Origin: Epiperipatus broadwayi
Lineage: Eukaryota > Animalia > Onychophora
Direction of reading: 5' to 3'
Assembly (NCBI GenBank): GCA_028023455.1
Contig: JAQFVV010000005.1
Coordinates: forward strand, 5,270,001-5,334,000
DNA length: 64,000 nucleotides
A model generated the notes under the pieces. It had not been told where the DNA came from, did no database searches, and saw only the letters and a list, made by a program, of their open reading frames with translations. This document shows positions 1 to 12,700 of the stretch, one piece after another; the first letter of the stretch is position 1; every line of letters starts with the position of its first letter. The translations under genes and the position numbers were made by a program.

Positions 1-1739
1 AAAAATATAATGCACTATATATATATATACATTCATAGTATTATTTCTGAGAGCTTCCATGTAGTAAAAATGTAATAGCTAAATAGCTACTATTTCAATA
101 CAATAACAAGTACTTTCCTCGGAGCTTCTTTTTTCTCAAATCATAAGAATGTGTGTGGTGAGATTCAAAATCATTATTTTTTTTTATTTCCTCCTCATAC
201 TCAAATTCTATTGGTTGAGAAGTTTTAAAAATATTTTATTTTCCAATAGCTTTTTCCAATTATTGTTAATTTTCTTCAATTCACATTTCTAATTTATGCT
301 ATTGGGTTTTTTAAATATATGTACAGCTTCCCTTAGCAGATTCTGGTCATTTTGTTCAATTTTTATCAGAATGTACATTTTATTAAAACTGATGTCATAT
401 AGTTAATTTTATGTGTGAATAAATGGCTGATGTAAAATATCTTGTTTTCTTTTGGCAAAAATTTTTTTTTAAATTAAAAAGGATTTGTAAAAAACTATGA
501 TTCTAATTTAAACATATATATTTTTTAATTCATGTGATTTTTTTTTCTTTCAAAATTATAAGTTTTTTAAAGTAACTTAATTTTTATAAAATTTGACATT
601 TTTTTCTTAGTATTATACTCCCCCCTCCCAATTATATACAAAAGGGGTAAGCTAATTTAAAGTGCTCTTATCTCTCACTGAAAAGCTGTTTTCCAACTTT
701 TATTTAAAGAAAAACTTAACGAAAACAAAAGATAATAATTTATGGAATAAAAATCAACTGGTTAATTATTTTTTTTTTACAAAACGGTACTTTTTGATAA
801 AAATGTATAAATTTGAATTATCATATTATATTAATCAGTTAGTTTAATAAATAATTGCTTATAAAAATATTGAAGTATTAATGTCTTTATTCTTTCAGCT
901 ATCTGTTATATGAATTGATGGTGTGTATGACTTGCTTTTAATACAACCTAGGGTTTGAGAGATGTTTTCAAATTATCCCAGTAAAGTTATTTTAAAATAA
1001 ATTAGAATAAGCTGCTATATTTATTTATCAGTTCTTGCTTTCTAAACTAGTTTAGAGCATAGTGGTTAGTTATATGAATGTATGGTTTAATGTTAATGTT
1101 TGCACATCCACATGGTAACTCTGTATAGTGCAAAAGTATCACTTTTTAAAGTCTATTTACTACAATTTGTTTTTTCTTATGAGAAATTTAATTTATAGTA
1201 GGCTTACATTCTCATGGTAGCATATTTACAGAGCATTGATGATCAGCTTATATCAGTGTCCCTGCATTATTTTTTAATTATTATAAATGATGGATTAGCA
1301 CTTAGAAATGTGCTCCCAAATAAATGTGTTATATTCTGAAATGAATTTTTTAATGGCTAGATAAGTAACCTATTTTATAATGTACTTTCTTTAAATCCAG
1401 TCCTAAGGTTGACTGTTGATTGCTGGTTAGTTTTGATTTAATTATTCTTTATAAATTCTGGAGATGCACTCTTATGGCTTTGTTCATGCAGACTCTCTGT
1501 TCATAGTTACTGTATTCTAAATGCATTGTATATTCCTTTTATATTTCATTTGATTAATTACTTTATGGGCTTGATGGTGTGATCTGCCATCTACCCATAT
1601 TTATTTCTTGACTCTCTACCATTACAATATATATATATATATAATAAAGAGCAAATATTTCTAAACAAGTTTATTTTATTATTTTATTTTTTTTATGATA
1701 AATGCTTTAAGAAAAAGCATTCATATCTTTATCTATGAT

Positions 1740-1950
1740 TGTTCCCATCCCCAAACCGGTTTTTAGCTATGGCTCTCTTCAGTGAGAAGCTAGGACATCA
1801 GATTCAAAAATACCAACTCTAGCCAAGCATTTGTCTAATACTTAACTATTAAGAAGAATATTTAAAACATTCAGACATCCAATGTTTTCAAATTCAGTTC
1901 TCCAACTGAAATAGCTATATGGGCCTGAACTAAATTCAGATACTCCATAT
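1740..1950 (-). mobile_element. Diverged copy of HHR-bearing retrozyme-like family A
   Basis: Contains an HHR motif on the minus strand. ATATGGGCCTGAACTAAATTCAG (~1917-1939) matches ATATGGGTCTGAACTCAATTCAG at 34295-34317, at a similar distance from the ribozyme. Confidence 0.6.
1748..1788 (-). ncRNA. Degenerate minimal type I hammerhead ribozyme (family A, ACCGGU variant)
   Basis: Minus strand reads UUCUCA-CUGAAGA-GAGC CAUA GCUA-AAAACCGGUU-UGGGGA. Stem I pairs and stem III is the palindrome ACCGGU, but G12 is mutated to A. Confidence 0.6.
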
Positions 1951-2619
1951 ATTAATAATGTATATGTAATATATTTTCCTTAATTACATCCATTAAAATT
2001 AAATTATATATAATTTAACAATTTTAATGGATGTAATTGATGAAAATATTTTAATACATAAAAATTTCTATTAATTATTTTATTTAGTAAAAACCAATGT
2101 CAGATACTAATAAGATTGTAATCACTAAAGTTGTGTATATATCTATATAAGCCTAGAGCAGCATTTACAACTCCTTTTAAATGCAAAAAGCATTAACTGT
2201 TTATTGTCTTGATTGGTTACCAGCTTATTAATAAGTGATTGTTTTTTTTCTAAACAAAATAATTAATAGAAATTTTCATATATATATTGGACTTTTATTT
2301 ATTTCCAGTTGCATAAACTAAGCCCACAATGCACTATAAAATCCTCCCAATATTTACATTTATACCAAAATTCTTCACAAAGAATTAATCCATAAACTAT
2401 TATTTGTCCAAATCATTTCATAGCATTTAAATTTTTATATAGAGTTGGGTATGTGCTTGTAATTATAACCTCAAAGATTAAATTATTACGTAATAACTTT
2501 TGAATTAATATCTTAATAATTATGCAGCAAAATTTATTATACAATATTATTGAGTCAATACTGACTCTAGGCAATTATATAAATGACATTTTCCCATCAT
2601 GAATTATCATGTTCTATTT

Positions 2620-3020
2620 TTATATTGGACTATCTCCATAATTTAGTATTAATTGTGAAATGTCTTTTAAAAAATTAAACTTTATTTAAGTTTTTCAAAT
2701 ACATTCAATAGTTAGTAATACCACAAAGGCTAAATATATAACAGAACACTTCAAGGAATATTATTCTCCCCACTTCTTCAGGTGTTACTCATTTGAATAA
2801 TGATGATACTAGCATGGGAATCAAACCAAATACTTTTAGATTTAAGTAAATAATATAGTTTGATTATAGTGACATCTTAATTTCAATATTCACAAATCTA
2901 TAATTACTGAATAATCCAGCAACCTCTGAAGAAGAGAGAAAAATAATATCACTCAAAATATTGTATTTTACACTAATCTGTGCACTATTATTAAACTTTA
3001 AATAAAGTTTGGATTTTTTT
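2620..3020. mobile_element. Old head-to-head copy of tRNA-headed HHR family B
   Basis: Left arm CTTCTTCAGGTGTTAC and AAATTAAACTTTATTTAA match 47038-47053 and 46924-46941. Right arm CTGAAGAAGAGAG..AATAATATCACTC and AAATAAAGTTT match the right arm at 47.26-47.34 kb. A B-box-like GGTTTGATTCCC lies on the minus strand at ~2816-2827. Confidence 0.6.
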
Positions 3021-3049
3021 AATTACATTCAATAATTAATGTTAGTTGA

Positions 3050-3700
3050 TGTAAATAGTCTAACATATAATTACAACTAAAATACTATCATCATAAACTT
3101 CCAGACAAACATGATATCATCTGTTTAATCTTTTAAGCTGTTTAAAGGCACATTTATAATTGTGATGTTGGTATTCATCCAACTTATTGTTGAACAGTCT
3201 TTTCAACTTTTGACATCAAACTTTTTTAATTATTATAGATCTTTATAATGAATTAGAATGTGTCACAATTTGTCCAAAATAATACAATTTTTTTCTAGGT
3301 ATTTGTGCTTCAAAAAATGGTTCAGATCTGATCAAATATTCATGCATTCACTTTCTGCTCATAAAATTCTCAAAAAAGTCTTTCAACATTACCACAATAT
3401 AATTTATATCAAATGAATCAAGCAACAAAGCAGATTTGCTAATGTAATATTAATTTTAGTTCATTAGTTATCATGTGATTTGTTTTTTAGAATACCAAGT
3501 AAACTTTGAGCATCAAATAAAATGATTTTTTTTAACTATTTGGAGTAAGAATCAATTTAAGAATCTTCAGATTTAAGTCTTCCACTTTCTTCACTGGTTT
3601 AAACTTCAACTACCAACAAAGTTCAATTTTCATAAAATGCTTTGAGTGGTTTCTGTTGTGCAAAGATATTTCAATTTTTTCCCCACAAATTGGAAATTTT
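3050..3700 (-). pseudogene. Heavily decayed non-LTR retrotransposon RT fragment (RTE-like)
   Basis: Minus-strand remnants read SKV..., LDEYQ... and TDDIMFVWK, resembling the RT segment K...R..L.E.Q.GFR..RST.DQIF.L. There are many stops. Confidence 0.35.
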
Positions 3701-6307
3701 TTCTTGGGGCATACTTACTTTTTTATATGCATTGTTTTATATAATTATATATAATTTATAATACCTATCAATTAATTTAAAATGTGCAGACCATTTTTTC
3801 CCTAAAAAATGGTTATAAAGATTGTAATCATTAATTATATATATATTAAATAACAAATCAGTCAATAAATTTATACACAATAGGTTTAATATATTTGAGC
3901 CTGTTGTTACTAGCAAATTTTTAATATTAGATTTTAACAAAATCCTAATTCATGCAACTAAATAATAGAAAATTATAATAATTTGATTAAAGCTTTTTTT
4001 CTCTCTTCATAAAAATATTAGTCGTTTATACCAATGCAGGATGCATCGGTTTCAACTTCTTTATGTTTTAATTTTAAATTGCTATCATAAACAGCTTTAT
4101 GGAATTGCTCATGACTATATTTGGTGGCACTCTTAAATGTCACTGTGGAACTTTTGGTGTGCCACAATACTCTGATTAAAAAACATTGACTTAGAGTCTT
4201 ATAGTTATGTGCATGTTAATTTCTCTTACAGGATAATTACATAAGAAAATTTTATTTTACATATCTGGAGTCTAGATAAAAACATAGAGGAAATATTAAC
4301 AGGTCATTATCAATATTAGTTTGCCATTATTTAATTTCTCTAAACATGTATTATTATAACATCTCAATACATAAACCTAAATCACTTAATAATAAAAGCA
4401 TATCATTAAATGCCTTAGTTATTTTTTACTCACACAGTTACCATTATTGCAAGCTACCTACCAACTATCAACAAATCACAAGTTTCCACCTATTTTGATT
4501 TTTCTTTTGATAATCATAACTATTTTTATATAAATTTCTACTTTTTATTTTTTCACTTTTTATAGTATATTCCTAATGTAGCTCTATTAGGTTTTATAAC
4601 TAAGAACATGTATATATAAGGAATGTTTTCCAAAACTTTTATTCCATTTTTGAATTGGGATAAATCACAATGTATACAAATATTTAATTAATAATATTTG
4701 AAAGCTTAATTATTAAAGTTTAAAATGGGTGAGGTTTTATTTTTAAGTTTTAACATAGTCATAATCATAGTGGTATGTGTCAATTACTAAACTCTGGGAA
4801 AACACCCCTCATCTGCTAATCCTAAGAGGGGAATCCAAAAATTAAAATTTTACTAAATAACAATTGCGTTTATGTAAAAAAAAAAAACCGAAAACCAAAT
4901 GACACGTGACCAAGTAAGTTCTTTCCTAACAATTCACGTGCCTAAAATAATTTATTAAACTAACATATAAATTCTTTAACAAATTAATTTTTCAAATTGT
5001 AATTCATTTTAAAATATTAACATTATATATTTTAAGATAATAAACATTTAAAGTCTCACAAACATTTTCATTTTATAATGCATTATATCTTTAATTAAAA
5101 AGAAAGAAAAGAATTTGAGATAAGACTACATCTGCCTTATTTGATGAGTTTGTCTGAGAGGATCTTTGGCAATGAATGTATGAATTGTATATGCAATCTT
5201 AATTCTAAAATCATCCAAGCAATAAGATTTTATTAAATGAATAATTGTGGTAAGGTTAATATAAAAAAAAAAAAAAATTAAGCGGCAAATGCACAGAAAC
5301 TTATGATTACGTCTATATCATATCACATAAGCGATCTCTGATTTTTTTTTTTTTTAAAAGAGAAAATATTTTCCAACTCTTCAGGAGCTTTCAATTGTGA
5401 AATTGTGTGTATTTGCATATATGTATATGCAGTACAATGCGAAAATAACTACAAATTGGCACCTGTGAGTGACATAACCGGATGTGTCATCTCATATTAA
5501 ATTTAGTTATTTTTATTTGTATTTAAATAAATCGTAAACGTTATTATCAAACTGTATTGTTTTGTTTTGTTGTTGTTGTTGTTTTTACAAAGAAAACATC
5601 ACAATATAAGATGTATATTAATTAACATTATTTTCGCTCCATTCCCTTTGGATATAACTTTTTCAGAAATATAATTTCCCACCTAGACCCTGCTTGTTAT
5701 TGTAAACATCTGGAGAGGTTCGCCCTCTCTTTTCATTTCTCAGGCTTCATTTTCATGTTTTCAGTCTATAAAAAGATTTTATTTTATTTTTTTCTCATTC
5801 CAATTTTGTTTGGTACGGTGTATCAAATTATATTTTGCTGGCCAAAAATTTGATTTAAAAAGTAATAAAAACTCAGTTCTTAAAAGAAAACTTTGCGTGG
5901 GAGTTTATTTACCTCTCTCTTTATATATATATTTCTTTCCAAAAATACAGCATTATGAAATTACCAGATGGAAATATAATCTACCCCTTGAGAACTTATT
6001 GGGTTAACTGCTGACCATTGTTCTTTATTTAGAAAGGAGATATTGATAGAACAAATATTAGAAACCGTCTATTAAACTTAGAAATTTATGACTATTATTT
6101 TATTCGCTAATTTTTGAGGAATTTACACAATGCTAAAGTTACCAGTCTTTAACTGTCCTTCTTACTTAATATACAACAACAACTACGATTAATGAACCTA
6201 TTATTACTATAACGTGTCAAAAGAGCTTCTGATATATATGTAATTATATAATTGAATATTTATAAATACAGTAATCAGATATATTTTAAAAATTTTATCC
6301 ACTTATG

Positions 6308-6337
6308 AGGCTTCGACTATCCTGTAGTCCTTGTCAA
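6308..6337 (-). ncRNA. HHR-like motif (U3:A8 variant) in the PLE 3' region, degenerate
   Basis: Minus strand reads UUGACAA-G-GACUA CAGGA UAGUC-GAAGC. Stem II is a perfect 5 bp; A15.1 is changed to G and stems I and III are not convincing. Confidence 0.4.
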
Positions 6338-6353
6338 CTAATACTTTGAAAGG

Positions 6354-6702
6354 CTAATTTTCCCACAATTCTGTGATCTTAATGTTTGTTGCCTGCCTGT
6401 TAATTAAGCCATGTTTATATTTGTATATAAGCATAGCTTCTTTTATTTTTCTTTTGTTGTTATTTTTTTCAATTTGCAATATTTTAACGTTATTGTAATT
6501 GAAGTTAAAACTATAAATATATGAATTATTATAGTTGTGAAAAATGGATGCTGAAATATTACTATCTATTTTGCAATTTTGATTGGATTTCTGAACTCTT
6601 TTTAACAACAGCAAGTTCTCTTTAGTTTTTTTTTCCAATGTACATCTCAATTCATCTATACATCCACTGCCACACCTATATATCCATTTATAAATGATAA
6701 TT
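6354..6702 (-). pseudogene. PLE GIY-YIG endonuclease domain
   Basis: IIYKWIYRCGSGCIDELRCTLEKKTKEN...FNFNYNNVKILQIEKNNNKRKIKEAMLIY...LINRQ resembles PLE GIY-YIG (IYKI.C.CG..YIGET.R.L..R.KEH ... F....KIL..E.N..KR.IKEA..I). Confidence 0.75.
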
Positions 6703-6939
6703 TTTTTATTTATAAACGATGTTTTATCTTTAGAATTATTTATTAATTTGTTTAATGAAGAAGGTATGTAAAATGCAATAAATCTTCCTTATAAAATTTA
6801 CTTGATCAATTGAAATATATGGTATTGATATCCATAGTTTTTTGTTAGCAGGAAGATCAATATTATTATTAAAATTTTTATTCTTATATCTCATATTAAA
6901 ATCTCTAATAGCATTATATATGTGACTATTTGAATATAT

Positions 6940-7206
6940 TTAGATATTTTTTGCTTTATCCGATGAATATTTGCAAAAACTGTTATTTCTAAATAAAAAA
7001 GACTTCAAATGTGTCATTTTCTGTGACATTGGCACTTTTGATTTGTATGGAATATAACCTCTTTTTACTATTGATTTAATGGTCATACAGTAATCCAGCA
7101 TACTTTGATTTCTAGTTATTTTAAGATCAAGAAACTGAACACACATTACATTTTCATCTGTTTTTAGCCATTTTAAACCATTTAACTTATTTAATTCTTT
7201 GAACAA
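6940..7206 (-). pseudogene. PLE reverse transcriptase C-terminal/thumb fragment
   Basis: VQFLDLKITR....GYIPYKSKVPMSQKMTHLKSFLFR matches the PLE pattern FLDL.I....Y..Y.S.HP...K....L..R. Confidence 0.75.
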
Positions 7207-7577
7207 CTCTTTAATTGTATTTGGCCTGCCACATAGAAAAACATTATCAACATATCGATAATATACAAAATATTTTTTTGATAATGTTCATTTTTTATAA
7301 TAATGTCTTCATATGTAGAATTTACAAAATTACATATTTGAGCAACAGTAAGTAAACCCATTGGCCAGCCATTGCCCATTTTATAAAAATCCTTCTTAAA
7401 AACTGCATAAATATTTCTGTCAATAAAGCTTAATGTTTCAGTTATAAATTTTATTATTTTCAAGTTAACATTTTTTAAACTTAAGGCATTTGAAATAATT
7501 TCAATAGACGCTATTTGAATTGATCCATATATTTTACTTACATCTAGAGTGCATATTATGTCATTAACATCAATCAT
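7191..7577 (-). pseudogene. PLE reverse transcriptase core fragment
   Basis: TLDVSKIY matches motif A (SLDV.SLY) and FYKMGNGWPMG...AQICNF matches motif B (FY.Q..G.PMG.P.S..LAN). The YxDD motif is disrupted by a frameshift. Confidence 0.8.
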
Positions 7578-8054
7578 AACATTACAGATTTTACTATATA
7601 TATATATGTATAGCTAGAGCAACAAAACTCCCTCTATAAAAGTTTTATATAAGATAGTAAGTATCTATTTCAATTAACCTTCTTCAACTTTAGTGCTAAG
7701 TTTTTATATTTTTACAAAACATAAATCAAAATTAGATAGAATCTTATTTTTCACAAAATAGTGTTGAAAGTGTAAATGAACAATGTTCACTGTTATTTAA
7801 TATGCTGCTTTTTATAATCAATAAGTATATGTATGATTGATTGTGTTATATACATATTTAATCCAATTAATAAACTTTAATTTTTAAAAAAAGAAGGTAG
7901 TTCTAAATATACAAAGATTATACAGAAATTCAATTGCTTAAATGTGTGTTGAATATTAAAAAAACATACTTAATGATAATAAATATTATATTTTCAAATA
8001 AAGCAAAAAAATGCCTTAAGAAAAATAATATTCAAACTAATTAAAATTTGTATT

Positions 8055-8109
8055 TAATAATGCTGATGAAGAGGATTTTCTTGAAACTGGTACTACCAGT
8101 CTTGTATGA
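8055..8109 (+). ncRNA. Hammerhead ribozyme motif, type I, with 6-bp stem III
   Basis: CUGAUGA(8063-8069)-A-GAGG AUUU UCUU-GAA-ACUGGU ACU ACCAGU-C(8101). The core, GUC triplet and stem III are perfect; stem I is only partly paired. Confidence 0.6.
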
Positions 8110-8432
8110 TGGTTTTCATTTTAAACATTAGCAGCATAAAAGTGAATATCTTGTTTTATAGTGAATTTCATAAAGGATATTTTGATGGTCAAATATATAC
8201 ATTATAATTTTCATTTATAATTATGCTGAACATATATATGTACATATATATATACTACTAAAAAAAATCAAGAAGTAAAGGGCTATTTAGTTGTACTAAA
8301 TATCATGTTAAAATTATAATTTCTTATTATCTATAGCTAATAAAGCATAATTTGTTTTACCTTTTTGAATATTTCTTTATCCTAAAAATATTCACTACAC
8401 AATTAGATAATAAGTAATAATTGGATCTAATG

Positions 8433-8487
8433 TATGCAGGATTCGAACTCAGACTTTCACACGACCCTCAACTCTCCATGCCATCTC
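8433..8487 (-). other. tRNA-derived SINE-like head remnant
   Basis: The minus strand has a B box GAGTTCGAATCC; the A box is weak. Confidence 0.3.
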
Positions 8488-8897
8488 ATATTACTGACAC
8501 ACCTGATCACACACATGTTGAAAAGATAAATAATCACCAATATACATATTTCATGCTAAACCAGCCATCACCAGTTGGTCAAGATTACTATCTCCATGCA
8601 TACATACAGTGCTCAGCTAGCCATCAATGACATCAAGTACATTTCATTTTCCATTAAACTAATCTGTGCCTTTTTACCATTCTACTTTCTAAACAATCCT
8701 TATGCATTTACAAGTTTCCACAAAAATAAAACCAGATCTTAAATTAATTTTTGCTTCAAAAAATGCATCAGGGCTTATTTTCAAGGGAGGTCTTATTGTT
8801 TCATGTACAGAAATCTATGTTTATTCAAGTACAAAAACCTAAATTTATTCAAGTACAAAATTCTACATTTATATTTATTTATACATTCATTACTTTA

Positions 8898-9770
8898 CAA
8901 GGGTCCCAAAATAATTTTCCTGGTAGCTATGGCTGGTGTAGTACATGTTTTTGCTTTTAGATACATTTTGCAGAGCCCCTTCTGCACCAATCTTCCAAGT
9001 GATGGTCATCGTGTGAAATCATGGTCACACATAGCACATTTTTTTGTAAAATGCATTTCACATATTTGTTGGTTTTTGTAGTGGCTGAAAAGTTGGAATG
9101 ATGTGAAATTCTATTTTCTTTTAAAGAAAATAACAGGGAAAACAATTGTACTGCTTGAAACAGCTTATATGCAAGTTTCTCTGGAAAGACACAGAATTAT
9201 GAGTGGTTTAATGGAAATGTTAAATTCACTACATCCTAAAAAAGTGTGACAAGTGGAAGACAAACATCAAGATGATGCTGGTTTTTTTTTTGTCACTCAG
9301 AATTCCATTCATACAATCATGCATTAAAAATCGGAAAATTCTGAAACTTTTGCATGGGGTGGTAAAATGTAAATGTGCCATGGCAAAGTGAGGAGAGCAT
9401 GCTTCATCATGACAGAATGCTAGCAAATAAAGCTGAGGGTAAAATAATTTTAAATTATATTCAGCATGACCCACTTTATCCATCTTCCACATTCATTCAT
9501 CTTGCTTTGCATAATTTCTTTTTAATCTCTTAAATGAAAAATGTCAAATTTTTTTATTTGCAGATATAGAAATGGTAAAGAAAAAATTAATGGAGGCATT
9601 AAAAGGCATTATTTTGCAAGTGTTTCCAGACTACTTAAAAAAGCATAAAACACATTAGACCAGTGCATTGCATTAAATAGATCATTCTTTCAAAGAGGCT
9701 TAATTTGCAACACCTAAAAATAAATATATATTTTATTACAAAATTCCAATTACTTTTGGGTCCCCTCTCA
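8898..9770 (+). mobile_element. Internally deleted mariner (Tc1/mariner) DNA transposon
   Basis: Imperfect TIRs CAAGGGTCCCAAAATAATT and AATTACTTTTGGGTCCCCTCTCA, flanked by TA at 8896-8897 and 9771-9772. Transposase remnants: VKFYF..TAY...NYEWF (HTH), LHHD, and FADIEMVKKKLMEALKGI...DQCIALN. Confidence 0.85.
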
Positions 9771-12700
9771 TATAATTCAATATGTTCATGTGTTTCAATG
9801 GATGAACAAAAGTTGTCCATCTGGCCAACAATCTTAAATAGGGCTTATATTTGGGGCAGAGGTTATACTATGAGCATCCCGAAAAATCATGTTAGGATTT
9901 ATTTTCTGGTTAGTCTTATTTTCAGGAAAATATGGTACTAAAACCTGGATATATAATAATATATTGAATTTGATTTTACACAAAGTTAAATGTTGTCAAG
10001 ACAATCTCTATGAAGGAAATGTAGATTTTCATTTTTCATTTTGATTTAAGATATTAATATAGATAGGATAGTTATTACTTTGACTGTAACATATAAATTT
10101 CAAATCCAAAGAATTTTAAATAAACCTCATTAAGCAGGCATATATAATCTGTTATAAAAACAGAATAATAAATAGCATTCTAATGCTTTCAAATCTCATT
10201 AAAATTAGTTATTATTTAGATAATAAACTTGATTTTATGCCTGTTTTTAAACTTCTATTAATTTAAAAATGTCAGTCTATTATAATCAAAGTGTCAATTC
10301 TCCTGTCTATAGCTATAGTGAAAAGTGGGAAATTTTCTTTCTTTCATAGAGATTGCCTTGATAACAGATTAAAGTTTGAGATGTTGACAAACTTGTATGA
10401 TTAACATATGACTTACATTTTGTAAAACATCTAGGTTTATGTAAAAGCAAGCTTCTTGTGTAAATAATAATGTTAAGTGAGAATTGAAAGAATTAAAATG
10501 TTTATTAATTAGTCTGCTTTCAAAACAGATTATATTTGCCTGTTTAATGGGGTTTATATAATTTGCTTTAAATTTAAAAATCTCAGTCTATTATACTCAA
10601 AATGTCAACTCTCTTGTTTATACTAATATTTTAAAAAAGAATAAAAAATGAAATTTGCTTTTCACTTATAGAATTTGTCTTGACAACAGATTAAAGATTT
10701 CTGATGTTGATAAGTTTGGCAATTATCATATTATATATATATATATTATAAAAAATGAGTGAACTTTAACTAATAATTATCTAGTAATCATTTGACAGGC
10801 ATTCAGAGACATTTGTTGACATTTGAAGAAGTAAATGAACAGTATTCAAACATTATTGAAGATATTAAGCAATAAATTTGAAACCTGCTTTAGAAAGATA
10901 TTTTGCAGATTTTGGATTAACTTTGAATTAAGAAGTTATTATGCAGAAATAGTTTTTTTTTAAATTTAACATTTTTCAGCTGAATTTTTATTTTAATAAA
11001 TAATTTACAATTAAACTAGAATTATTTTCGTGTTTTTTTTTTTTTGTATTTTAAATCAGTGATTTTTATATGCATTTGAAGAAAGGATGACAACTTAAAA
11101 ATAAATATAATACACTTAAAAATAAACTTCAAAAAATAATGTCAATAACTAAAACTAAAAACATTCTTTACCAATGAAAGACAAAATTTACAGATATATA
11201 CAGTATATGAATAACAAAACAGTTTGTTGCTCAGAAAGTCATTCAGTATATGATAACTGGAAGTGATGAAGTTAAAGTGTTATCCATAATTTTTCAGTTT
11301 TTGAATTTGACAATCTTCTATTGCCCTAAACCACATATAATTTTGCTATTAATAAAAAATAAGTTGTTATTTTTATGCTGAGACATGTATGCATGTTATT
11401 TTCAAGAAGGCAGATTTAATAACTAAAACACATAGTACTGCAATTAAGTAATAGCACTTGATCAGCATCAGAAACCTTTGCCATTATTTGCTATTCACTT
11501 AACATAATTTATTCTAAAGCTTTAATTTAAAAATTGCATCATAAATATTAATAATCCTTACAACATATTATTAGAAATTTGCATTTTTTTTTATATTAGT
11601 GCTTTCCTCAATTCATTTCCACCTATTGCAGCCATCCATCAGCAGAAAATATCAGTACGCATGCACTTAATTAATAAATTTCATTCATCAATTTGAACTA
11701 TAAATATCAAACATCTAAGTTATCATGCTTGTATGATTAGTTCAACATTTTTCTATCATACAACTAATTTCATAAGTTAGGAACTGATTTTTATTAGGAA
11801 TATATAATTTTTATATCTCAAATCAAATACACTGTGTAATGTGAGATATAATTTTAAATAGCACAAATACTGATTATATCTGCTCAATGTTTTCTGCACA
11901 AGGTGGCAATGAGTAGGTGGTAAAACAATAAATAAAAAATATTTTTAAAAAAATGTCTAAAAACTTATAATTAAAATTTAAAAAGCAGTTAAGTTTTTAA
12001 ATCTATAAAATAAAATAATTTATCATATAAATAAAATATTCCCTTGAAAGATTAAAAAGCATTCTACTCAATAGCAAAAATATAATAGATATTTTATTTT
12101 ATAAAAGAAATTTGTTTTCTTAAGAGATATAAAGCTAAAGTTTACTGCATATGTGTTAATATTTTTTATTAGATAATAATTACTAATATTTGGAAAATAA
12201 TGGTCTTCAGATTGAAATATTATAATGATCCTTCCCAGGTAAGACTTTTTAAAGTCATATCAATAAATTTATAACTACCACTCTAATGAAATGAAAAATG
12301 AATATATGTTCACTTGAATATCAAGCTCTTATATGGATAGCATTTTTATGAAATATCAAAAAAGACCTATTATCCAGATAAAATCTTGGAGATTGATTGA
12401 AAATAAATTCATTTTTCATATGATTAATAGATTATATTGAAACAAAAGAATGGTTTTTACAAGTTTATAACATTACATATACAGAGTTGTTAAAATTAAT
12501 AGAACTTGGATGTTTTATTTTATTTGATAATAAATAGAGTCAAACATGCACTGTGTGGTTTAGTACAGTGATAGAGTGATAGAGTAATACATTCCTGAAT
12601 TGAAATTCAATTGCTGGTTGAATGTCACATGACTTCTTGAGTAAACAATCATTCGATTACTTTTATTTCACTCTATATGGTGTAATATAATGATAAAGTA

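Larger units (their letters stand above)
6300..7590 (-). mobile_element. 5'-truncated, frameshifted Penelope-like retroelement
   Basis: RT core, RT thumb and GIY-YIG endonuclease fragments occur in the PLE order on the minus strand. The upstream boundary is at a (TA)n tract near 7597, and an HHR-like motif lies just 3' of the stop. Confidence 0.85.

Noticed and set aside
12173-12238. Possible 66-nt exon (TTTTTTATTAG|...CCCAG|GTAAGA) open as IIITNIWKIMVFRLKYYNDPSQ
   Set aside because: The splice signals are good, but the peptide is unrecognised and I found no partner exons. Such hits are expected by chance in AT-rich DNA; RNA-seq is needed.
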